Counted from the first letter of the stretch, positions 1 through 11,913 are shown. The stretch: 64,000 bases of DNA from Bugula neritina (GCA_964035545.1 OZ037770.1:14436642-14500641); one strand, 5' to 3'. Numbers and translations: made by a program. The notes: generated from the letters alone by a model not told the origin.

Positions 1-728
1 TTTTATCCACGCATCAATATTGTAAGTTTATTAGAATTATAATAGTTCATGTCAATTTTTTGGTTCTGTAATATTCATAGTGTTCCTCTAAATTTTGATT
101 TATATTGTGACTACTTATTTATACAATTTCTAATGTTTCCCATTTTATAGGGTACGATTTGACAGTAAATAAACTCGAAAACCTGTTGCCAAGTTGGCTA
201 GTAGTTAAAGTATATCATTCAACCAGACACAAACACAAACCGATACAATGGTATTATATTATTACAAATCACAGTGGGTTATTTTATATACATATATTAC
301 ACCATGCACATCATATATGCTGCATACAAATTAAAATCCAATGTTTTATGTTATATCTTATATTATAAACATACGAGAGTGTAATATACGACATAATATA
401 TCTTGCTTAGTGGCTAGTCTCAATTTGTGCTGCTAGACTATTAGTGATGTTGCTGATTGTACTTAAAGCTGTATATTGAATATTGTACAGATTAGTTCTT
501 ATAATATTATGAAAAAAATGTTAAACACATTGTAGCTGTAGCTGCAGCAGTAGCTGTAGCTGTAACTGTAGCTGTAGCTGAAAAGCTTTTTAACTACAAG
601 CTTAAAAGCAAATGAATATAGCCAGCTTTGACAAGCCATTAACTGAAGACTCTGTACTACTTTGTAAGATATTAGTATGTTGCCATGGTTACAATCACAG
701 GATGTAGTTTGCTGCCGCCTATGTGCTG

Positions 729-3700
729 TCAGACAAGTCTAACAGGGGCAGCTGGCTTTACTGTGACAGCAGGTAGAGGTCCAAACTTAGCCTTGATACG
801 ATCACACCCTTGCGAGTTTGGGAATAAGTAGCAGTGTAAAGTGTACACCCTGTAATTAGATGATTAACTCAGAATAATATTTATAAAGTCAATGGGTATT
901 GAAACACTTTAAAGAAGAAGGTATTATTTTCAAAAATGCTGCTTTTTCTGAAAATGCACCATACAAATTTATATTTAAGTGTAAGCTTTATACGGGTGGG
1001 TGGGGTGCTATGAACAGCTAAATCCAAAGACGGCTTAGATTAGTTCTAAAGCTACCGGGTTTTAAAGCACTAATTTGGCGAAGGTAGTATTTTCAATTAT
1101 AGAAATAATTGTATTATACTGAAAATAGACCATACTAATATACATTTTAGTTTTGTACTGAAGGGCGAGGTGCTATAAGCGATGTCCTACCTGGTAGGGT
1201 CCACAGTCCTTGGATATTGAGGGGTTTTCCGACTCAAGAGAATAGTATTTGGTGTTATGAAGTGATGGGCAATTGGTAGCTCCCCCCAGCTGATAGTTAT
1301 CTGCAGTAATAAGTCTCATAGTAACAAGTACCTGTTTAGAGATGTCTCATAGTAACAAGTACCTGTTTAGAGATGTCTCATGGTAACAAGTACCTGTTTA
1401 GAGATGTCTCATGGTAACAAGTACCTGTTTAGGGATGTCTCATAGTAACAAGTACCTGTTTAGGAATGTCTCATAGTAACAAGTACCTGTTTAGGGATGT
1501 CTCATAGTAACAAGTACCTGTTTAGAGATGTCTCATAGTAACAAGTACCTGTTTAGAGATGTCTCATAGTAACAAGTACCTGTTTAGAGATGTCTCATAG
1601 TAACAAGTACCTGTTTAGGAATGTCTTGTTGATCTATTTCCCACATAGGTTCAAGGTTAGAATGAAATTCAAGAATGATTGTTACTGGAACTTTAAGCAG
1701 ATAATCTACAATAATCCCAGCACATTTTAGACATATTTTACCTCAATACATATGTAGCAGGAGTTGTTCCATCATCTAAATCTTAAAGTCAAAAAGCAGA
1801 GGTGAAAAAGCAGTCTATGGTTCAAATAATTTAGTGCTAACTTTGACTTACTGACAACATAGCCTATTGTAATGTCACCAGATGTATTTGTTTCGGCTCC
1901 TCTCTTCAGATATTCTTCTTTTCTAAAAGTAAATTTTTATTCCTAAAATGAGTGTTATATTATTTTAATGGTTTGTTTGGAAGCCAATCTTTAAGTCTCA
2001 AACTCAAAAACTTCAACACAAAGTTATATATAATACAAGAACTATAGTAGGGTGAAACACTCACTCACAAAAATACATCATTCTCTTCACCAGAGCTTTG
2101 CTAATGCAGATACCAGAATTCTCAGTAGCGTACTGGAATGTTAGGTTGTCCTTCTGCAGCAGAACAATTTACAATAATTGTTTAAATTGTTTGCACATTT
2201 TTTTGCAGAGATTAAATAATTTATTTTATACTTTAAGGGTTAATATTTAGTGACTTGATATTAATTAGGTCACTTGCTGTGATATTAATTAATTATAGCT
2301 TTATAGCTTTATAATGTTTAGTTGTTAAGACTATCTCTGGGATTTATTGCCAGAACTGTGTAATATACTCACAGCATTTAACTCACCTTGTAATCTAATT
2401 GCATTTGCTGTAAAGAATAAACAGGTCTTCTCCCCAGATACCAAGACTCCTGGTAATTGTATTGTCTCAGTGTACGTACCAACACTGGGATGTTAACATA
2501 TGTGTGGTCTTGAACCAAACAAAACCATTTGAAGCTAAAATAAAAAAACTGATATTATATGAAGAAATGAGTAACTTTTATGTTGAAACTTGAAAGTATT
2601 GAAAATTTAAGGAATAACTTGTGAAATATTAAATAATGCATGACTCAGTACCCAACTAGCATGCTTAGACTCGGTACCCGACTAGCATGCTTAGACTCGG
2701 TACCCAACTAGCATGCTTAGACTCAGTACCCAACTAGCATGCTTAGACTCAGTACCCAACTAGCATGCTTAGACTCAGTACCCAACTAGCATGCCTAGAC
2801 TCAGTACCCAGCTAGCATGCTTAGACTCAGTACACAACTAGCATGCTTAGACTCGGTACCCGACTAGCATGCTTAGACTCGGTACCCAACTAGCATGCTT
2901 AGACTCAGTACCCAACTAGCATGCTTAGACTCAGTACCCAACTAGCATGCTTAGACTCAGTACCCAACTAGCATGCTTAGACTCAGTACCCAACTAGCAT
3001 GCCTAGACTCAGTACCCAGCTAGCATGCTTAGACTCGGTACCCAACTAGCATGCTTAGACTCAGTACCCAACTAGCATGCTTAGACTCAGTACCCAACTA
3101 GCATGCTTAGACTCGGTACCCAACTAGCATGCTTAGACTCGGTACCCAACTAGCATGCTTAGACTCAGTACCCAACTAGCATGCTTAGACGCAGTACCCA
3201 ACTAGCATGCTTAGACTCAGTACCCAACTAGCATGCTTAGACTCAGTACCCAACTAGCATGCTTAGACTCAGTACCCAACTAGCATGCTTAGACTCAGTA
3301 CCCAACTAGCATGCTTAGACTCAGTACCCAACTTTACTTTATCAGATTGATTAATAGCACTTACAGTCCCAGTTTGGAGACATACAGGTTGAATATTGAT
3401 TGTACGGCACACATTTTTCTTTTCCTGTATAAACACAACGCAATGTGTATGTAAAATTTGACCTACAACTTTTCTAGTCTTAACTGTAGAAATTGTGTCT
3501 CAACTTCATGATTTCACATCATTTTTGAAATAAAATAAGTTTGCGGGAGGCAACTCCAAACTACAATAAGTTTAACAAGTTTGAAAGGAGTTATATTTAT
3601 AGTAAAACAGACACAGCGCTGTAATTGAATTCAGGTACGAAAATTAAGGTATTGTAGTTCAAACAGCTATGAGTTTTCAGAGTCAATTATTTTTAATTCT

Positions 3701-6541
3701 TAACTTTAATTAAATTGATGTTTTCAAAATAATATTTAAAGACAACAGAGGAGTGTATTTACCATATTGCGCCTTTAGTGTCACACTTGGTGCTGAGATA
3801 GTTGGCACCTTGTTCTAAGGAAGAAAACAATTTATAATATACATAGTCTGTGGTAAAATAGCCTAATGGGTCATTTTACTTAATTTAGTACACACTCGAA
3901 ATCTTCAGTTTTTGGCTATTTTTCACAATTTAGCTGGTAATGAACATGGTTTTTTGGCCAAAACTAGTAAAACACCAATAAATACACCTAAATAATCAAA
4001 GTTCTTTTTAATTTTGCTTCATTTCCCATGTTTTTCCTTTATTATTCAGCTAGTTTTCTCGTAACGGTCCGCACATACAGAATATTAAGTACATATGACA
4101 ATAACCTGTGCTTTAATGTTGGGGAATCCCCTCCCAGCATTTTCTGTTATGCGTAGTTAAAACCAGCACATAAAAATACCATGTATAGTAAATTTCAATT
4201 GATTTTGAGCAAACTTTAATGTTCGGTCATAAGTTGCTGGTGTGCACTAAATGAAGTAAACCGACTCTAATAATGTAGACTACACATTGTTGGCCCATGA
4301 CTTTTAAGACTAATAATATAGACTACACATCGGTAGGTCTACTTGTTGGCCCATGAATTTTAAGTTAGATCTGTTAGGGCGGTTCTATGTTGGCATTTTT
4401 GTACAGCATTTTGTAATGAATGTTGCTAGAGGCAGCACGGAGTTGGGAGAGACTCTTCAACTACTGCACTAAGTGACCACTAACTTGGTGCTGCTTCTAG
4501 TGACTTTCCAGTATAACCAAGTTACAGTTGGAATTCTTAACTATTATGACTATATTTTTAAAATTTCAAAACTTGGTAAACTAATTGTGTGATGTATTTT
4601 ATATCCATGTAAATAATTTTACAACACTAGTATTTATGCCTTGTAAAAGGGTTTCAAATATAGGCAAAGCAAATGATCTACTTTTTCTTCTATTGATGCT
4701 AAAATTAGTTGATAGCAACTCCAGGAGAAAAATGCTACTACGCTGGCTTGTAAACAACACACTCTAATAAACTATGCAGGAATTAAAAACGTCACGTATG
4801 ACAGTTACGTAACCTTATATTATTCGAAGTAAATGGTTGCCAATTATTATAAGTTAGTCTGCAATTAAAGCCAACTAGCATCAACCTTTGCATGCTTAAT
4901 GTCTTTTAAACTCTCTCATCAAATACTCAAAGGCCTGAAACTTTTAAGTTAGTTCAGTAATTAAGCTGTGTTGCAGCAGCTGAGAATAGCATACAATGAA
5001 AGTCAGCAATAATGAGCTTCAGAACTGAATGAAAAATCAATCAGCATGAATATAGAATTTACTATAAGGAGAAATTATTCACGCCTACATGACTCACAAG
5101 CAATCTGTATTACAAGATATTCTAACCTAATACTAGAAAAAATATTTTATATTTTTTGGAATACTTAAAATTCATCTGGAAATGACCTTAGCCCGGAAAC
5201 GGCATGCATAACTATGCAGTGAAACTCCATATATTTGGGAATCTATTTTGAGACACACTGGCTTTATTTAAATTCTCCAATTCAGAAGCAGTTATACTAT
5301 GTAAGCTATTTATGAATTGACGGCTGAAATTAGTCAGCTTCCGACTAAACTTTCCAAAATTTTTTTTTACTACAAAATAGATAAAAATGTCACGGGAGCT
5401 TGAGTAGCGGCTTAGTGGTTCTTGCAGGACATAACCATCTAAAGAAATTCAGAAATTTCTAGAGAAATACAGAGCTTTCTAATGAAGTATCAATTAGGTG
5501 CAGTAGTGGAGAAATTTTATTTTAGCAAATTTTAAAATCATTTAATTATGATGAATTTTGGTTTGAATTACAGTTTTTAGTTATTGTGAGAGCATCACTT
5601 CTTATGCTACATTTCCAATTTGGAACACAAGCTTTTCAATTTCTCCATTACATCACCTACCTTAGAACCACAGAACTTTCTAGAAGAGCTCTTACCAAAT
5701 ATTCTAGCATACTCTGGATCATCTCTGTCTGTCACCAAGTGTACCTGCATATACCAAGGTATAGTCTGAGACTGATAACAAAATGTAAAATCAGACTAAG
5801 TCCATTGCACCCCCCCCCCAAATGAAATTGTTTATATAAAACTGTTATTTTTATTTTGTAGAGCTATATGCATTGTACCTAATATGTTTCAGATCCAAAC
5901 CCCAAACCGCTAAATGGCCTGTCGTGTGCGTGCGTGTGTGTGTGTGTGCATACAGCGTACTACACTTCATTTCCAAGCTCCATGTTTGAAACAGTTGGAT
6001 CGAATGAACCCACAACCATAAATTCACCAGTACAAGCATCCATTCCCATAATGCAGTGCTAGACAAAATATTTTCAAACCTTCGGAATTTTAGCTCTCTC
6101 CATGTAACTGTTTGCATAATGCAACGGTAAGACAAATAAAAATAAAGCTATAACATTTTCCACCAGGGTAAGTCAACTATGCAACATATTTAAGTTATAC
6201 GAGCAGACAACTTGAATAAACACACAAATAATACTCACCGCTTGTTTAGCCTGTGTTATCCATGTGTCTAGAAGAAGCTGCACTCTTTCAGAGTGAAATC
6301 TTTTGGTTGAATTTAGGGCTATAAGCACGTCCTCAATATACAGACTAGAATCCTTAGGTGTAGACCTCAACTGAGTTTTAGAGTACGTTATACTGTTCAA
6401 CACTTTCACTGCATTTGTATATGACTGCTCGATTGAGTCACTTCGACATGTTTGACTATCAAAGTGATAAACAACTACTAAACTAGTTATTGAGAGACTA
6501 CATAATACAATCATGTACTTCTTTATATCTCTACAATACAT
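729..6541 (-). CDS. Fringe-like GT31 glycosyltransferase paralog A (about 365 aa, 10 coding exons), catalytic motifs degenerate
   Basis: Exons 6541-6239, 5744-5696, 3814-3763, 3424-3365, 2534-2387, 2153-2065, 1922-1852, 1705-1611, 1300-1191, 849-729. All introns are GT-AG, phases are consistent and the frame is open. N-terminal TM, then LYIEDVLIALNSTKRFHSERVQLLLDTW, VHLVTDRDD, KWFCLVQDHTYVN, FQYATENSGICIS, SGDITIGYVV, FHSNLE, DPTR|VYTLHCYLFP. These align with Fringe motifs and exon-for-exon with gene B. Confidence 0.9.
1301..1625 (-). repeat. 31-bp minisatellite (10 units) forming all of intron 8 of paralog A
   Basis: Minus-strand unit GTACTTGTTACTATGAGACATCTCTAAACAG. CAG|GTACTT recurs every 31 bp from 1611 to 1332. 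The intron 1301-1610 is 310 bp long. Confidence 0.95.
2642..3333. repeat. 26-bp minisatellite, about 26 copies, intron 4 of paralog A
   Basis: Unit gactcagtacccaactagcatgctta with a few substitutions. Confidence 0.95.
4417..4508. mobile_element. short MITE-like repeat (related copies at about 33750-33888 and 39420-39527)
   Basis: Shared ends gaatgttgcta(g/a)a(g/a)gcagcac...gagttgg and aactt.(g/c)tgctgcttctag; the two ends are inverted repeats of each other. Confidence 0.5.
5494..5662. mobile_element. MITE family 1 copy (others at about 25571-25717, 27017-27130, 28200-28290, 29686-29866)
   Basis: TIR aggtgcagtagtggagaaatt ... aatttctccatta...cacctacct is shared among the dispersed copies. 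Confidence 0.6.
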
Positions 6542-6766
6542 GTTGTACTGCTGCTTAGCTTCAAGAGTTTATGCGAGAGCAGAGAGCCTGTATTGAACAA
6601 GGATCAGCTATTGGTCACGTTGTGTGAAATAAAACTCATACACATATTTAACTGGCTTTGTTGTTAGTAATTGATGAAGATTACATAATCTACATCAATA
6701 TTGGGATCCAAACTTTAGCACTGAAAGTACAGTGCAGTGCAGTTATATCTCCACTACTAAACATTA

Positions 6767-7307
6767 TGTCACAAATTCTGAGTGGACATATACCTATAGA
6801 CTTACCGGGTTTTTCCTAATGATTATACACGAATGTTCATAAATATTCTAGACTGATCAAAGAGATGGGTCATTGTTCATTGTTATTGTTTTCATTAGTC
6901 ATGTTAACTACTGCCCAGCAATGTAAACAAGGTGTTGCGCAATAACCATGGAAATTCCAATGTTTTGTTTTGTTTTTCTATAAATAGTATTGGCATGTGG
7001 GGAATGTTTTCTACTAGAATCTTCTGTACTGGAATGCTTGAGAATATTCTAGAGCTTTTTGTTTACTATAAATACTGAGGCAGTTGTGTTTACAGTTCAT
7101 TCTCGCAGTTCCTTTTTATAAGTTCATTCTCGGAGTTCATTTTTACAAATTCATCTGTGCATATCTTACTAAAGGAATAAAGTCTACTTATATTCACAAC
7201 TCTATTTTACTCACAACTGGATTAGCAAGCTGTATGCTACTTGTCTATACACTTCTGACTACCAGACTTTTCGAACTCGTCACACTGCTACCAACAGTTT
7301 TGTGACA
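6767..7307 (+). repeat. 5' LTR (541 bp)
   Basis: Starts TGTCACAAA and ends TTTGTGACA (terminal inverted repeat). Appears identical by eye to 11915-12455; both carry the same 73-aa spurious ORF at offset 5148. Confidence 0.97.
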
Positions 7308-7309
7308 AT

Positions 7310-7326
7310 TGGGGGCTGCTCCGGGA
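7310..7326 (+). promoter_or_regulatory. Primer binding site, tRNA-Pro-like
   Basis: TGGGGGCTGCTCCGGGA starts 2 nt after the 5' LTR. The tRNA-Pro PBS is TGGGGGCTCGTCCGGGA, so there is one CG/GC swap. Confidence 0.8.
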
Positions 7327-7403
7327 AGTCTCAGTCGCACACAGGGAAGTTATTAGTTACAACGTGAGTATACACAGGATTAATTAACAGTTGTTGAGAC
7401 ATT

Positions 7404-9236
7404 ATGGCGTTGTTGGAGAGAGTGACACAGATGGGTAAAGATCTTGGATTGGTGGAGGACAAGCTCGTAGCTTTTATTGAAAAGAACCTACCCATTGTTG
7501 CTGCACAAGAGGAAAAAGAAAAGGCACGAGAGGAAAAAGAAAAGGACCGAGAGGAAAAAGAAAAGGACCGAGAGGAGCGTAGATTAGAGCGTGAGGCGGA
7601 AAGGATCAAGCAAGAAAATGAGAAAGCCATAATGGAGATGAAGATAAAAGCTGATCAGGAGGCAATGGCACTCAAGATAAAAGCTGACCAGGAGGCAGAA
7701 GAGAGAAGACAACAACATGAATTAGATATGGAAAAGCTGAAAGCTGACACAAGTTTGGAGCACTCAAGACATGAGAGCACCAGGTTAGAAATAGCTAATA
7801 AACCAAAACCGAAAATACCATTCTTTGATGAGAAGGTGGACGAAATGGATAGCTATTTAGAGCGGTTCGAGTGGGTTGCCGAAGGATGTAACTGGGACAA
7901 GGGAGATTGGCCCTACCATCTCAGTCAGTACCTAAGGGGTACAGCAACAGAAGCTTACATCCGGTTGTCACCTACTGATCGTAGAGATTATAAAAAAGTC
8001 AAAGAAGCCTTATTGGAGCGCTTTAACTTGACTCAAGAGGGCTACAGAAAAAAGCTCAGAGAGGCAGAAGCTTACGAGGATGAAACTCCTGCCCAACTAT
8101 TCACTAGGATAGAAACTTATGTGCACAAGTGGGTAGAACTTTCAGGGGGCATGGACATAGCCAAACTAGTGGCAACTGAACAATTTATATCATCATGCCC
8201 AGACGACCTAGCTGTGCATTTAAAGCAAAGTTCCTACAACAGCAGTGAGGATATGTGTGATGCAGCGTCACTGTTCTTGCACGCTCGTGGAAGGAAACTA
8301 GCAAAGACAAAGAAAACTAATACAAAAAGGATGGAAAACACACCTGCCAGTAGCATGAATGCTGAACAAGGAAGTAAAAGCGATGGTGCATGCTTCATCT
8401 GCAAAGATAAGTCACACATTGCTCGCAACTGCCCACGGCGAGGGAAGAAGTACTGTTCACATTGCAAGATGAACAACCACAATACTTCAGACTGCAGAAA
8501 GTATGGTGGAAGGTCAGTGCATGCTGCTGCTGCAATAGCGACTACTCAGGATAAGACTGTGGTCACAGATCCAAGAATCTCATCTAAGGTGGAAGAACCT
8601 ACGGAAATCACAGTTAATGGTAAAAAGTTTGTCAACGCTGCTGTCTGCAAGAATGGACCTAAATTCAAAGATGGGGGCACAGCGATATTTGATGCGGAAG
8701 TTAATGGCCAACGAGCTACTGTAATGCGCGACACCGGCTGTGGTTGCATTGTAGTCAATGCAAAGTACGTGCAACCTCAACATTTAACTGGAGAATCAGT
8801 TTATTTGAAGATGGCTGATGCAAGTGTTAGGGAGGCTCAGTGGGCACTTATCTCAGTACGCTCACCATTTTACAATGGTGTCGTCAAAGCTGCAGTAATG
8901 GACAAGACGATTTGTGACCTGCTTATTGGGAATGTGGATGGAGCGAGATCAGCTGACCAGCCGCTGGAAAACTGGAAGGACTGCGCCGTAACCACAAGAG
9001 CTCAAGCTGTCAAGGAAAAGTCAGGAGACAAACCACTGATGGTTGATTCAAATGCTAACCCATTAAGTATAGGGAAAGATGAAGTAGCCAGACTGCAGAG
9101 GGATGACCCCACATTGGAGCGTTTCTTCGATGCAAAAGAAGTGAAGGAGAAAAAGGGATGCACCACTAGGTTTGTGGTGAGGAATAAGATTCTGTACCGT
9201 GAGTACACCGAAGTCTGTCAGTGTAAAACCTGTTAA
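7404..9236 (+). CDS. gag: Gag-protease polyprotein (coiled coil, SCAN-like capsid, two CCHC knuckles, aspartic protease)
   Basis: 610-aa ORF with REEKEKD repeats, capsid YLERFE..W..W...EQFISSCP, knuckles CFICKDKSHIARNC and CSHCKMNNHNTSDC, and protease motif RDTGC. Confidence 0.92.
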   Translation: MALLERVTQMGKDLGLVEDKLVAFIEKNLPIVAAQEEKEKAREEKEKDREEKEKDREERRLEREAERIKQENEKAIMEMKIKADQEAMALKIKADQEAEERRQQHELDMEKLKADTSLEHSRHESTRLEIANKPKPKIPFFDEKVDEMDSYLERFEWVAEGCNWDKGDWPYHLSQYLRGTATEAYIRLSPTDRRDYKKVKEALLERFNLTQEGYRKKLREAEAYEDETPAQLFTRIETYVHKWVELSGGMDIAKLVATEQFISSCPDDLAVHLKQSSYNSSEDMCDAASLFLHARGRKLAKTKKTNTKRMENTPASSMNAEQGSKSDGACFICKDKSHIARNCPRRGKKYCSHCKMNNHNTSDCRKYGGRSVHAAAAIATTQDKTVVTDPRISSKVEEPTEITVNGKKFVNAAVCKNGPKFKDGGTAIFDAEVNGQRATVMRDTGCGCIVVNAKYVQPQHLTGESVYLKMADASVREAQWALISVRSPFYNGVVKAAVMDKTICDLLIGNVDGARSADQPLENWKDCAVTTRAQAVKEKSGDKPLMVDSNANPLSIGKDEVARLQRDDPTLERFFDAKEVKEKKGCTTRFVVRNKILYREYTEVCQCKTC

Positions 9237-11868
9237 ACAACTCATGGTACCCAGTTCACTGAGGAAGGAAGTTCTACAGAAAGCTCATGACTGCATAATG
9301 AGCGGACACCTAGGAGTAAAGAAAACCACTGATAGAGTGCTTTTCAACTTCTTCTGGCCAGGACTAAACGGAGATGTCGTACGTTTCTGTCAATCATGTG
9401 ACATTTGCCAGAAGACGGTGAAAAAAGGCTCAGTCATGAAAGTTCCAGTACAGGAAACTCCACTAATTGACACCCCATTCAAGAGATGTGCAATAGACCT
9501 AGTCGGACCAATTAACCCTCCAAGTGAGAAAGGACACCGCTACATCCTAACTTTAGTTGACTATGCTACAAGATACCCTGAAGCTACACCATTGAAGAAC
9601 ATTGACTCAGCTACTGTAGCTGAAGCGCTGCTTGACATATACAGTCGTGTTGGGATACCAGAGGAGGTGATAAGCGATCAAGGAACTCAATTCATCTCGG
9701 ACTACATGAAAGAGTTTACCAGATTACTTGACATGCGGCAACTTCCTACCTCACCATACCATGCAATGGCCAATGGACTTGTGGAAAAGTTCAACGGAAC
9801 CCTCAAGAGTATGTTAAAAAAGTTGTGTGCTAAAGAGCCAAGACAGTGGCATCGGTTTATCAATGCGGCTCTATTTGCATATAGAGAAGTCCCACAGGAA
9901 TCAACAGGCTTCGCCCCATTCGAGTTACTCTATGGAAGAACTGTGCGTGGACCAATGTACATCCTGCGACAACTTTGGACAAAAGAAGACACTGCCGATG
10001 AAGTCAAGACCTGCTATCAACATGTTTTTGAATTGAGAGAGCGTTTAGATGACATGATGGAAATGGCACTAGCTTCGCTAAAAGACAGTCAAAAAAGATA
10101 CAAACACTATTTTGACAAGAAAGCTAAGCAGAGAGACTTCAAATCTGGTGACAAAGTGCTCATTCTTCTACCTACGGATGGAAATAAATTGCTGATGCAT
10201 TGGCAAGGACCATTCAATATTGAAGAGAAAGTCAGACTGAATGACTACATTATCAACATTAGAGGCAAGAGGAGAACATACCATGCCAACATGCTGAAGA
10301 AATATTTTGAGCGGGAGACGCCTACCGACCCTATGACTGTTGGAGCTGTGATGACTTTAGATGCTGCTGGTACTGGAATTATTGATCATGATGAGGAAAG
10401 AGAAGAAGGCCAAGATGATTTGTTGGACCTGTACAGTAAGAAACAGCAGACAGAAACAAGCAAAGATGTCATTCTGGGTGAAGAGCTGGAGAATCAGCAA
10501 AGAAGACAGTTGGAGGAGTTACTGAGAAAGTTTGAAGGTATCTTCAGTGACTTGCCAGGAAATGCAACGGGAATAGAACATTCTATCGAGCTCACGACTG
10601 ATGAGCCAGTGAAATCCAAACCATATGGATTGCCCTACAGGGTAAGAGAAACTCTCAAGGCGGACATCGAGGACATGTTGAAGATGGGTGTTATTCGGCC
10701 ATCTACCTCTCCCTACGCCTCACCAACGGTGATAGTAAAGAAGCCGGATGGAAGCAACAGGATTTGTATAGACTATCGCAAACTAAACCGAGTCTCAGTA
10801 TTCGATCCTGAACCAATGGTGAAAACAGATGACGTTTTCAGAAAGCTCAGTAAAGATAAATACTTTACCAAACTTGATTTATCCAAGGGATACTGGCAAA
10901 TACCAGTGAAGAAAGAAGATATTCCTAAAACTGCATTTGTGACACCCGATGGACATTATGAATTCATCAAGATGCCATTTGGGATGGTTAACTCTGGAGC
11001 GACACTGGTGAGAGGGTTGAGAAAACTTTTTGTAAATCTGAAAGGAGTGGACAACTACATTGATGACATTCTAGTGCACACGGAAAGTTGGGAAGAACAC
11101 GTTAAAATGCTAACAGAAGTTTTCAGCCGACTTGCCACAGCTGGACTTACCGTTAGACCAAGTAAATGTAGAGTAGGAGGAACAAACATGGAGTTCATCG
11201 GACATAAACTTTACAGGGGTGAAATCAAACCAATGGATGACAACATTGAGAAAATTAGGGCTGCGCCAAGGCCAACCAATAAGACGCAAGTGAGATCGTT
11301 CATTGGACTTACTAGTTACTACAGAGAATATATACCTCATTATTCAACTATAGCGAGTCCACTAACAGATTTAACAAAGAAGGGAGAACCAAAGAAAGTC
11401 AAATGGCAGGAACCACAAGAGAAGGCGTACACCACCTTAAAAACAATGCTGACAAGTGCACCAATTTTAAAATTGCCAGATGTACACAAACCGTTTGTGC
11501 TAAGGACGGATGCATCAGATGTTGGGTTAGGGGCAGTGCTGATGCAGCCTCAGGATGGAAAGCTGTTCCCTGTGAGTTACGCAAGTAGGAAATTACTAGA
11601 CCGAGAGAGAAACTACTCAGCCATAGAGAAGGAATGCTTAGCTGTGGTATGGGCGGTCAAGAAATATCTACAGTATTTATATGGTGTGGAGTTCGTGCTG
11701 CAGACTGATCACCAACCGCTGGTGTACATCAATCAGGCCAAATTTGAGAACAGCAGAGTGATGAGATGGGCTATGTATTTACAGAACTTCAGAATCAAGG
11801 TGGAGCCAATCAAAGGAAAGGACAATGTTGGAGCCGATTATCTAAGCCGAATTGACTCAGAATTTTAA
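9199..11868 (+). CDS. pol: Pol: integrase, reverse transcriptase, RNase H (in +1 frame relative to gag-pro)
   Basis: HHCC zinc finger (HDCIMSGH...CQSCDIC), DDE core (IDLVGP, SDQG, VEKFN), GPF motif, RT (LDLSKGYWQ, MPFG, YIDD), RNase H (TDAS, EKECLA, TDH, ADYLSR). Confidence 0.95.
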   Translation: MSTPKSVSVKPVKQLMVPSSLRKEVLQKAHDCIMSGHLGVKKTTDRVLFNFFWPGLNGDVVRFCQSCDICQKTVKKGSVMKVPVQETPLIDTPFKRCAIDLVGPINPPSEKGHRYILTLVDYATRYPEATPLKNIDSATVAEALLDIYSRVGIPEEVISDQGTQFISDYMKEFTRLLDMRQLPTSPYHAMANGLVEKFNGTLKSMLKKLCAKEPRQWHRFINAALFAYREVPQESTGFAPFELLYGRTVRGPMYILRQLWTKEDTADEVKTCYQHVFELRERLDDMMEMALASLKDSQKRYKHYFDKKAKQRDFKSGDKVLILLPTDGNKLLMHWQGPFNIEEKVRLNDYIINIRGKRRTYHANMLKKYFERETPTDPMTVGAVMTLDAAGTGIIDHDEEREEGQDDLLDLYSKKQQTETSKDVILGEELENQQRRQLEELLRKFEGIFSDLPGNATGIEHSIELTTDEPVKSKPYGLPYRVRETLKADIEDMLKMGVIRPSTSPYASPTVIVKKPDGSNRICIDYRKLNRVSVFDPEPMVKTDDVFRKLSKDKYFTKLDLSKGYWQIPVKKEDIPKTAFVTPDGHYEFIKMPFGMVNSGATLVRGLRKLFVNLKGVDNYIDDILVHTESWEEHVKMLTEVFSRLATAGLTVRPSKCRVGGTNMEFIGHKLYRGEIKPMDDNIEKIRAAPRPTNKTQVRSFIGLTSYYREYIPHYSTIASPLTDLTKKGEPKKVKWQEPQEKAYTTLKTMLTSAPILKLPDVHKPFVLRTDASDVGLGAVLMQPQDGKLFPVSYASRKLLDRERNYSAIEKECLAVVWAVKKYLQYLYGVEFVLQTDHQPLVYINQAKFENSRVMRWAMYLQNFRIKVEPIKGKDNVGADYLSRIDSEF

Positions 11869-11902
11869 GTAGTAAGGAGAAATTATCAAAATAATTTCTC
11901 TT

Positions 11903-11913
11903 AGAATGGGGGG
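11903..11913 (+). promoter_or_regulatory. Polypurine tract
   Basis: AGAATGGGGGG immediately before the 3' LTR. Confidence 0.8.

Noticed and set aside
1301-1610. New intron gained by tandem duplication of an AGGT site
   Set aside because: The intron is at the same position and phase in gene B, so it predates the array.
1313-3333. Regular short repeats as a CRISPR array
   Set aside because: The units are contiguous with no unique spacers, lie in introns of a eukaryotic gene, and there are no cas genes. The same applies to all other arrays in the window.
7084-7305. 73-aa ORF duplicated at 12232-12453
   Set aside because: It lies within the LTRs, has a non-ATG start and no recognisable domain.
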